The notes below the pieces were generated by a model. The model was given only the letters and a program-made list of their open reading frames with translations, searched no databases and had not been told where the DNA came from. The translations under genes and the position numbers were made by a program. This document shows positions 18,581-26,057 of a stretch of 64,000 bases of DNA, one piece after another. Origin of the DNA: Deinococcales bacterium (GTDB lineage: Bacteria > Deinococcota > Deinococci > Deinococcales > JAAFIG01); NCBI GenBank assembly GCA_031414595.1, contig JANNVX010000064.1, positions 9,283 to 73,282 on the forward strand, read 5' to 3'. The number at the start of each line of letters is the position of its first letter. Position 1 is the stretch's first letter.

Positions 18581-18624
18581 TTGACAAAATGAGAGACCTA
18601 GGATTACGATGTCGCTATCCTAGG
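18581..18624 (+). promoter_or_regulatory. Sigma70-type promoter and putative PadR operator
   Basis: TTGACA (18581)-18 nt-TACGAT (18605); inverted repeat CCTAGGAT-N12-ATCCTAGG (18597-18624) straddles the -10. Confidence 0.65.
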
Positions 18625-18675
18625 ACAAACTCGAGAAGCGCCAAACGCAGCCACTCGAGAAACGAGGTACAACCC

Positions 18676-19002
18676 ATGAATCCAAACCTCTTAAAAGGCA
18701 ACCTCGACCTGATTTTATTAGCGATTATTGAACCAGAACCGATTTACGGTGGAGAAATCACCCGCGAGGCTTCTGAACGCACCAATGGCTACTTTGACTT
18801 TAAGGAAGGCACACTCTACCCAGCCCTGCACCGACTCGAGAAAAGCGGTTTTATAAGCGGCTCATTCCAATACCTTCCACGCGGTGGAAGCCCCGTAAAA
18901 TTCTACGAACTGACCGAAAGCGGCAAAAAAGAACTCAGCCAAAAACGCCGCGAGCAGCAAGCCTTCGACCAAGCCCTGGATGCACTACTGGGAAAACCAT
19001 GA
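18676..19002 (+). CDS. PadR family transcriptional regulator
   Basis: LLKGNLDLILLAII, YGGEI, EGTLYPALHRLEK and YELTESGK. ATG 18676 follows GAGGT. Confidence 0.93.
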   Translation: MNPNLLKGNLDLILLAIIEPEPIYGGEITREASERTNGYFDFKEGTLYPALHRLEKSGFISGSFQYLPRGGSPVKFYELTESGKKELSQKRREQQAFDQALDALLGKP

Positions 19003-20198
19003 AGCCCCTCGAGCAGTACCTTTCTCGAGCCACACGCGGGCTTTACGGCGCTAAAAAACTCGAGATACAAGCCGAACTTCGCGGCAGTATTGAAGCGCGA
19101 ATCTGGCAACTCGAGAGACAAGGTAACGCCAACGCCCTCGAGACGGCGCTTAGTGAAATGGGTGAAGCCAAAACAATCAATGCTGGTCTTTTTAAGGAGC
19201 ATCTCATGCCAATTATTTCCAAAGCAGTATTTGTAATTATTGCCGCTACAGCCCTGACCATCACCACACTCTCGAGTAGCCAAGCCCAAGTTGGATGGGC
19301 AACAGCGCAAGATGAATACCTCAAAAATTCTGGTTTTCACGATATTTTTGTCAACATCAGCGACTTAAAATCCTCCTTTGAAAAAGCAGGGGCAGTTGTG
19401 ACTGAAAATATGGCTGAGCCAAAAAAATACACCTATAGCGGCTTAATGTTCTCCATATCACCAAGACTCAATTGGGATGAAACATTGCCAGTCCGAACAT
19501 TAGATATTCAGTTGCCAAATTCTGAGCAAAAAATTCAACTTCAAGCCCTCGCTAAATTCAGTTTGAACTCCGAAGAAAAAATTGCCACCACACCAGAGGA
19601 AGCCGCCTTTATTTCTTACAATTACATGATTGACCAATTCAAAGCCACAAAATTGCCTGTTCGTTTTGAAGGTTGGCAAACACCAAAAATTCAAGTTGGT
19701 GATTTTTCTTTCACTTTAGAAAAAACAGGTAGCTCGCCTCGACCCGAAATGCAATACCTTCAAATTTTTTTCAAATGGTGGCTTTTGGATGGTGATAGAC
19801 CAGGCATACGCAACCGACTGAATGCCAGACTTTCTACTTCTGGTTTATCAAGCGACGCTTACCGCCATGCCATACGCACTAATGACCCAGCCAATACAGT
19901 CTATACCATTGTCAGCAGCGAAGGCGGATTTCGCTCGGCGGCTGGTGTAACCGAAGCACAAACCACCCTCACCTTGGCTCGAACCAATGCCCAAGGGATT
20001 CTCGAGTTCACTGCACCATACAGAATTCTACAATTCGGAAAGAATCCTTTGCTCGAGAAAAATGTACCAAGCGTTGCAGGTACAGAAAAAAATCCCGCCC
20101 AAGCACTTTTGCTTAAGTTCACAGGGCGTTTAGATGCTGCTGCAAAACCCGTAGAAATTGTCTTGCCCAGCAAAACAAAAATTGCTGCCCTCAAATAA
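18999..20198 (+). CDS. PadR-associated membrane protein (permease-prefix/HAAS-like N-terminus, one TM helix, external domain)
   Basis: LEQYLSRATRGL...EIQAELRGSIE...ALSEMG N-terminus; coupled to padR. Confidence 0.75.
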   Translation: MKPLEQYLSRATRGLYGAKKLEIQAELRGSIEARIWQLERQGNANALETALSEMGEAKTINAGLFKEHLMPIISKAVFVIIAATALTITTLSSSQAQVGWATAQDEYLKNSGFHDIFVNISDLKSSFEKAGAVVTENMAEPKKYTYSGLMFSISPRLNWDETLPVRTLDIQLPNSEQKIQLQALAKFSLNSEEKIATTPEEAAFISYNYMIDQFKATKLPVRFEGWQTPKIQVGDFSFTLEKTGSSPRPEMQYLQIFFKWWLLDGDRPGIRNRLNARLSTSGLSSDAYRHAIRTNDPANTVYTIVSSEGGFRSAAGVTEAQTTLTLARTNAQGILEFTAPYRILQFGKNPLLEKNVPSVAGTEKNPAQALLLKFTGRLDAAAKPVEIVLPSKTKIAALK

Positions 20199-20225
20199 AC
20201 CTTGGCTCGAGTTTAATCGCTCGAG
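20178..20225 (+). repeat. 48-bp direct repeat, left copy
   Basis: aaaattgctgccctcaaataaaccttggctcgagtttaatcgctcgag; 47/48 identical to 20944-20991. Confidence 0.92.
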
Positions 20226-20317
20226 TCACACGCGATTTGTGTGGTGCTAAAAACTTGAAGTACAAGCCAATCTCGAGTTTGGCACGCAGATACAGAATTC
20301 TCGAGTTTGGTCAGGAT

Positions 20318-20593
20318 TCAAGCGGCTTTTCGCCTTTTGTATGATTTTTTCCCGTAGGCATCGCCACGCTTTTCGATTAAATAAACATCAATCACCGAAT
20401 CTGACATCGTGAACTCAGCACGATAACCACCAACCCGAAGCCGATAACAACCACGCGAACCCGAGATGGGTTTAACATCACCACTTCCAGTTTCAGATAA
20501 AATTGCAAAAGCCAGTAAAATCGCTTCGTTGAATCGAGCATCCAAAGAGCGCATGTCTTTAATTGCGGAAGCACGAAACTCGAGTTTTTTCAC
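20318..20593 (-). CDS. relE: RelE/ParE family toxin
   Basis: LEFRASAIKDM, GDVKPISG and YRLRVGGYR. Confidence 0.88.
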   Translation of the reverse strand: MKKLEFRASAIKDMRSLDARFNEAILLAFAILSETGSGDVKPISGSRGCYRLRVGGYRAEFTMSDSVIDVYLIEKRGDAYGKKSYKRRKAA

Positions 20594-20847
20594 ACTAAAC
20601 CTAGGGCTTTACGGGTTTGTGCCAAACTATAACGTTTATCCGACTGAGAAGACTTTAGACGCGCCTTAGAACGACGTAAAGCAGTGGGGGACAAAACTTC
20701 GGCATCGGTTTTCAAAGCAGTTACTTTCTTTTTATCAACAACTTTTTGCAATGCTAAATCTAGGGCACCGCGTAAAGTAATTTGGTGTTCACGACGAAGC
20801 AGTTCAAGGGTTTCAAATTGGGCATTGGTTACTTCAATGGTTTTCAT
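20590..20847 (-). CDS. Cognate antitoxin of the RelE toxin
   Basis: 85 aa from ATG 20847 (TACACT 6 nt upstream); ends RYSLAQTRKALGLV, overlapping the relE start. Confidence 0.75.
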   Translation of the reverse strand: MKTIEVTNAQFETLELLRREHQITLRGALDLALQKVVDKKKVTALKTDAEVLSPTALRRSKARLKSSQSDKRYSLAQTRKALGLV

Positions 20848-20943
20848 GTCTCGAGTGTACAGATATGAAGTGTTTATTTCAACTTTGCCACCCGTTGGCA
20901 CACACCCACGCTGAGCAACCCGTTTTTTGGTCTTTGTCTTACC

Positions 20944-21003
20944 AAAATTGCAGCCCTCAAATAAACCTTGGCTCGAGTTTAATCGCTCGAGCCAAGGTTT
21001 ATT
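20944..21003. terminator. Right copy of the direct repeat, completing an 18-bp perfect hairpin
   Basis: aataaaccttggctcgag-tttaatcg-ctcgagccaaggtttatt (20960-21003). Confidence 0.85.
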
Positions 21004-21121
21004 AATGCCGGTTCGCACCATTGCCTGACTTCAAGGCTAATCGGCAATCACAGCAAAAGAATTTTTCACACCCGTAGTTTGCCTCGAGTACCGCAAAAAG
21101 TCTTTGACCTAGGTCAAAATC

Positions 21122-23161
21122 CTAAGCCAAGACTTCCCGAGCCACGGGTAACTCGAGAATAAAGGTACTGCCTTGCCCAACAACACTGGTGGCTCTGACC
21201 TGCCCATTCATGCGCTGCATCAGTTCTCGCACCACCGCTAAACCCAATCCAGCCCCGCCAGTGGCTCTGGCTCGAGCTGGGTCGGAGCGGTAAAAAGGTT
21301 CAAAAATTCGCGCCAAATCTTCGGGTTCGATGCCCATGCCCGTGTCCTCGATAGTTAATTCAACAAAATCCACTCTGGCTCGGGCGGCAATTCGCACAAT
21401 GCCCCATTCAGGGGTGTAGCGAATCGCATTGACCATTAAATTGCGTAGCACCTGCTCGAGTCGTTCGCGGTCGGCTTGAATCGGCAAGATTCGTTCTGGA
21501 ACATCGTTAAGTAAGGTTAAATTACTGACCTTCGCGAGAGGTGCAAAACTCTCGAAGAGTTGCGAAACCAATTCTGGTAATGCCACCACCGTGGGTTGAA
21601 ACTCGAGTTGTTCAAGGTCGGCTCGAGACAAAGCAAATAAATCTTCGACCAGACGCTCTAAACGTTGAACTTCGCTTAAAAGTGCTTGGGGGGCAATCGT
21701 TTCGCCACGCAATTCGGCACTCTCGAGCCGCGCCCGCAGCACCGCAATTGGGGTACGAAGTTCATGCGAAGCATTGGCAGTTAAGCCTTTTTTGGCTTCC
21801 AAAACACTTTCGACATTTTGTTTCTCGCGGCGAAGCGCCAGCACATTGCCCTCGAGCCGCGTTGCCATTTTATTAAAAGTTTGCGATAAACGCGCCACTT
21901 CATCCTCGCCGTCTATGTGAACCCGAGCCTCGAGTTGACCACCTTCTAGGGCTTGCACCCCTTTGAGCAATTGCTCGAGCGGACGGGTCAGACGCAAACT
22001 AACGGCGTAACCCAAAAACCCCAATCCCAGAAAAAAAGCCAAAAAAGATTGCGAAAGCGTATCTAAGGCATTGCTAAAATCCGAACTGATTTGGGCTGCA
22101 ATATCGCCCGGTGGACTAGAATTTTGGGTGCTTTGTACCACGCCAAGCACCACATTGGAGACTTTAGGGTCTTGAGAAATGGCTGGACAACCGGCAATCA
22201 CTTCTAAACCAATCACCAACGCCCGACAACGCCCATTTGCAGTGGTGACTAAAATTTCTTTCCACGGCGCAAGTTCTGGGGTTTCAAAACCATCCCCTTC
22301 CGAAAAACGATCAACTCGGTTAGACCCTAAGACTTTACCTGTCGAATCAATTAAAAGTGCAATCCGCCGAGCATCATTAGAAGGTTCGTTGTCCTCGAGT
22401 AGACTGGATTTACGGGTATCAACACCACCCTCTAAAACAGTAAACAAACGTTTTAACTGCTTTTCGTCAGACCCACTGCTCAGCGCCCCTTGAAAGGCTT
22501 TGGCAAGCTCAGTCGCATCGCGCAGCGCATCGCTGGTTAAACGAGCGCTAGGGTCGCGCACCAAAGTAAGCACACCGGGTAAAATTGCCACCACGCTGGC
22601 GGCAAAAACCCCACCAAACAGCGCCAAGGCGGTTAAACGCCAACGCAAATTGCGCCGTCCTTCAAGCCAAACTTCTCTAATTGCAAAAACAAAGGCAAAA
22701 CGCAAAAAGGTAATCACCATCAAGGCTTCAAACGGCACACGGGCAGGTTCAGGGGCAATAATCGCTTGCAGTGCAAAAAAAGTTCGGGTGGGGGCTAAAA
22801 AATTAACCAGAATCACATTGGCGATACAAAACCCAAAACCCAAAAACAAGCCAAAAAAAGCCACCCGTACAACCCGCCACCACCACATTGTCTCCTCGAG
22901 CCGAGAAAGCCGCAGCACCGCCCAGAACCATAAAATATGTTCACTCAGTAACGCCCAGAGTTCTGCCCAAGGCGCAGCCACACCGACCCGAGTCAGCACC
23001 ACCGCCAACCCACGAAAAAATAAGGCAAGCCACAACGCCTCAAGCAGAGCTACCCAAAAAGACCTCGAGTAAACCATCCAATACGAAACACGGCGTTCCT
23101 CGGCATCCACCCGAGGCGAGCCAATAAAAACCCGCCAGCGTTCATCCCTTGAGTAATCCAT
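21122..23161 (-). CDS. Membrane sensor histidine kinase (HAMP, BaeS-like)
   Basis: HAMP domain, ASHELRTP H-box, NLMVNAIRY N-box, DTGMGI and GGAGLGLAV. Confidence 0.93.
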   Translation of the reverse strand: MDYSRDERWRVFIGSPRVDAEERRVSYWMVYSRSFWVALLEALWLALFFRGLAVVLTRVGVAAPWAELWALLSEHILWFWAVLRLSRLEETMWWWRVVRVAFFGLFLGFGFCIANVILVNFLAPTRTFFALQAIIAPEPARVPFEALMVITFLRFAFVFAIREVWLEGRRNLRWRLTALALFGGVFAASVVAILPGVLTLVRDPSARLTSDALRDATELAKAFQGALSSGSDEKQLKRLFTVLEGGVDTRKSSLLEDNEPSNDARRIALLIDSTGKVLGSNRVDRFSEGDGFETPELAPWKEILVTTANGRCRALVIGLEVIAGCPAISQDPKVSNVVLGVVQSTQNSSPPGDIAAQISSDFSNALDTLSQSFLAFFLGLGFLGYAVSLRLTRPLEQLLKGVQALEGGQLEARVHIDGEDEVARLSQTFNKMATRLEGNVLALRREKQNVESVLEAKKGLTANASHELRTPIAVLRARLESAELRGETIAPQALLSEVQRLERLVEDLFALSRADLEQLEFQPTVVALPELVSQLFESFAPLAKVSNLTLLNDVPERILPIQADRERLEQVLRNLMVNAIRYTPEWGIVRIAARARVDFVELTIEDTGMGIEPEDLARIFEPFYRSDPARARATGGAGLGLAVVRELMQRMNGQVRATSVVGQGSTFILELPVAREVLA

Positions 23162-23172
23162 AGGGCATTATA

Positions 23173-23221
23173 GGCGAAGGGCAAAAGGCAAAGGGCGAAG
23201 GTTTTACTTTTGCCCTTCGCC
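23173..23221. repeat. Heptamer-built inverted repeat between the response regulator and kinase genes
   Basis: ggcgaagggcaaaag (23173-23187) / cttttgcccttcgcc (23207-23221). Confidence 0.75.
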
Positions 23222-23226
23222 CTTTT

Positions 23227-23919
23227 TTAAGCTGCATCAAAACGGTAGCCAACACCCCAGACGCTAATCACCCGTTCGCCCTCAATGCCTAATTTGCGTC
23301 TTAAGCGCACCACAGTCGTGTCCACAACTCGGTCAGAACCGTCGTATTCTGCGCCCCAAATTCGCTCGAGCAGATAATCGCGGGTAAAAGTACGTCCGGG
23401 ATGACGCGCCAGCATCAGCAGCAATTCGTATTCCCTTGGGGTTAAATCGGTTAGTTTTTCGCCGATTCGCACCGCCCGAGCATTGTTATCGAGCTCGAAC
23501 CGCCCAAAACGTAGCACCGCCACACGGCTTTCTTCTTCGATAATTTTGGCGCGGCGCAACATCGCCCGCACCCGAGCTAAGAATTCACGCAACGAAAAGG
23601 GCTTGACAATATAATCATCTGCCCCAACTTCAAAACCAAGCACCCGATCTGTTTCTTCGGCTCGAGCCGTCAGCATTAAAATCGGTACAGTTGCAGTGGT
23701 TGCTCCACTGGAACGCCGTAAGCGCCGCGCCACCTCGAGACCATCTAAGCCGGGTAACATCAAATCCAGAATCAGTAAATCAAACGCCTCTAAACCGGCT
23801 CGCTCGAGGGCTTTAGAGCCATTACTTTCCAGAACGACCAAATGACCCTCGCTCCGCAGATGTTCAGCAATGATATTTGCTAATTCTGATTCGTCTTCAA
23901 CAACCAAAATTTTCGCCAC
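23227..23919 (-). CDS. OmpR-family response regulator
   Basis: ILVVEDE, DLLILDLMLPGLDG, GADDYIVKPF and SVWGVGYRF. Confidence 0.96.
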   Translation of the reverse strand: MAKILVVEDESELANIIAEHLRSEGHLVVLESNGSKALERAGLEAFDLLILDLMLPGLDGLEVARRLRRSSGATTATVPILMLTARAEETDRVLGFEVGADDYIVKPFSLREFLARVRAMLRRAKIIEEESRVAVLRFGRFELDNNARAVRIGEKLTDLTPREYELLLMLARHPGRTFTRDYLLERIWGAEYDGSDRVVDTTVVRLRRKLGIEGERVISVWGVGYRFDAA

Positions 23920-23988
23920 GATAACAGCAGTTTACTCTAAAAGAACCTGAAAAGTACGCCAAAAGTGTGCTAAACTCTGCAACGCCAT

Positions 23989-24065
23989 GCGCCCGTAGCT
24001 CAGTCGGATAGAGCAAAGCACTCCTAACGCTTAGGTCATCCGTTCAATTCGGATCGGGCGCACCA
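23989..24065 (+). tRNA. tRNA-Arg(CCT)
   Basis: GCGCCCG/CGGGCGC acceptor stem, GCTC/GAGC D stem, anticodon loop CT-CCT-AA, T-loop TTCAATT, encoded CCA; 77 nt. Confidence 0.95.
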
Positions 24066-24172
24066 CTATTTTACTCGAATCTAAAGAATGAACGGTAGAT
24101 TTTGTAAGCTGATGCTCGAGAACTTCTTGCCATGTCATAAGCACCTCTTTAGGTTTATTGTGCGTTGAATTT

Positions 24173-24220
24173 TTCGGGGATGCCAGCAAAATACTGGCTG
24201 TCGTTAATCCAGACCTTTTG
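24173..24220 (-). pseudogene. Remnant copy of the R-M enzyme C-terminal region
   Basis: 42/48 nt identical to 26228-26275; encodes QKVWINDSQYFAGIPE versus QKVWINDTQYFAGIPE. Confidence 0.85.
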
Positions 24221-24371
24221 GGTACAAATTTTAACTGCTTAAGTTTAGTCAACCAAACCGCATAACGCAAATGGTAACGTAAAGAGTAACGCAATCCGGT
24301 TTAGTGCATATAGCGCAACAGACATATTAAACCGACTTGAGTAACGTAAAAGTAGCGCAAAAGTAACGTAA

Positions 24372-26057
24372 TTATTTCTGGACTGTTCGGTAGATTGCCT
24401 TATTGCGTATCCCCACCATTTCGAGTTTACCTTGTTTGACTAAACGCCTCAGTAAATAAGAGGCTTGGTCTTCAGAAAGCGTCGTGAAGAGTCGCATAAC
24501 ATCAGCTCTGGTAATTTCCGATTTGGCTTTCAGTAAACTAGAGACCATGATTTCCTGTTCGGTGGCAACCAATCCACGTTGTCGAACATAGGCTTCTGGC
24601 TTACCCAATTGCTCATAAACAGCAGCACTTAAATGATAGGTTTTGGGGCGCTTAAAGCCCCGAGCCTCGAGCAACCCAAGCTCGAGAAGCCGATTCAGTA
24701 GCATTGTAGCATGAGTCACATTATTTTCTAAGAGTTGAGTGGCTTGGTTTGTATTGATGTCACCCTCGAGAGCAACTTGATGCAAAATCAGGAGAGTAGC
24801 CCAGTCCAAGGGTTTACCAAGACGGTTTTGGACTTCGAGCCAGATATAAACCAATTTAAGGTCAGCTTCACCGCCAGAAAAAGAGAGCTTGACTGTTTGC
24901 CGATTTGTGCCAAAGTAACTTGGGGCAGCCCTGCCTGTACGAAGAATACTCTCAAAAATTCGCTCTACCCCTCGGGCGGTGCGTTCAACTAAACCAAGGC
25001 GCTTAAAAATATCTGCCAGCATTGGATTACGAGGACGTGGCTCGGTACTGATGATATTTTCTAAAGTTACGCCTTCGACAAAACCGCCCGGACTCGAAAT
25101 ACTTAGGGCATCATTCTCGAGGATGCGAACATAAACCGCTTGCCGTAGACTGTAATCCCTGTGAACAAGTGCATTGGCAAGGCTTTCGCGCACGGCTTCT
25201 TTGGGGTAAAGCGGTATGCCAATGCGTTGTAAGCCCCAATCGAGTTCTTGTTCACGGTTACGCACCAAAATATACTGCTCGAGGCTTTGCAAGAGTTTAA
25301 GCAGAGGTTCACGAAAAAACTGATTGACTTCAACAGCCTGTTCCGCGCCTAAGACCTGAAAAGCTGCCTCATGACTTGGAACGAATTCTTGCAAGGCTCT
25401 TTGTTTGCCCACAAGTAATAAACCCGCCAAAGTTGGGCGCACCACACCATCAACTGTTTTTACTAAACCCAAGGCTTTGGCTTGTTCAAGATGCCCTAAA
25501 TCACGCAAACTAGGGTCGCTATTGGGGTTATCTTGCAATAACTGATTTAGGCGTTCAAATTCGAGTGGGTCAAGTTCGTCCCAAGTGGTATTCGACAGAA
25601 TTTCTGCACTGTGGTCATATTGGGTCAGTTGTGACAAACGGCTTGGCATTTGGTCTGGATAGAACGGAATACACTCTGGGCGATTATGGACATCCAGACT
25701 ACGGCGCATGGTTTTCCCATCGGTTGTGCTGATCACCCGTTTGGCTTGTGGCACATCAATCACATCCACAAAAACATTGCCAACAGCAACTCGAGTTGCT
25801 CTAACGCCAGCACTTGGGCGGGTACGATTATTGATACTTGCCTCGAGCCTTGGCGAAGTCATCTCGAGATGTTTTTGATGAACACCCGTTATCTGACCGT
25901 TATCTTCAACTCCAACCAGCAAAGTACCACCATCTGCATTGGCTAAACACACCACAGCTTCAAATAAATCGTTAGCTGAAATAGGCGCATCGCGCTTAAA
26001 CTCGAGGGTCATGGATTCGCCGTGGGCTATCAATTTAAGCAATTCTGATTCGGTCAT
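24372..26057 (-). CDS. Schlafen/AlbA_2 + HATPase_c_4 + winged-helix protein
   Basis: GESMTLEFK, AVVCLANADGGTLLVGVED, AVRESLANALVHRDY, ISSPGG and GLVERTARGV. ATG 26057 overlaps the R-M stop (ATGA). Confidence 0.88.
   Translation of the reverse strand: MTESELLKLIAHGESMTLEFKRDAPISANDLFEAVVCLANADGGTLLVGVEDNGQITGVHQKHLEMTSPRLEASINNRTRPSAGVRATRVAVGNVFVDVIDVPQAKRVISTTDGKTMRRSLDVHNRPECIPFYPDQMPSRLSQLTQYDHSAEILSNTTWDELDPLEFERLNQLLQDNPNSDPSLRDLGHLEQAKALGLVKTVDGVVRPTLAGLLLVGKQRALQEFVPSHEAAFQVLGAEQAVEVNQFFREPLLKLLQSLEQYILVRNREQELDWGLQRIGIPLYPKEAVRESLANALVHRDYSLRQAVYVRILENDALSISSPGGFVEGVTLENIISTEPRPRNPMLADIFKRLGLVERTARGVERIFESILRTGRAAPSYFGTNRQTVKLSFSGGEADLKLVYIWLEVQNRLGKPLDWATLLILHQVALEGDINTNQATQLLENNVTHATMLLNRLLELGLLEARGFKRPKTYHLSAAVYEQLGKPEAYVRQRGLVATEQEIMVSSLLKAKSEITRADVMRLFTTLSEDQASYLLRRLVKQGKLEMVGIRNKAIYRTVQK

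Noticed and set aside
20848-21021. N-terminal extension of the antitoxin ORF
   Set aside because: It runs through the terminator hairpin and direct repeat. A TACACT-6 nt-ATG leaderless start at 20847 is better supported.
24031-24294. 87-aa minus-strand ORF
   Set aside because: It overlaps the tRNA and is made of the nonamer cluster plus the R-M remnant read in another frame.
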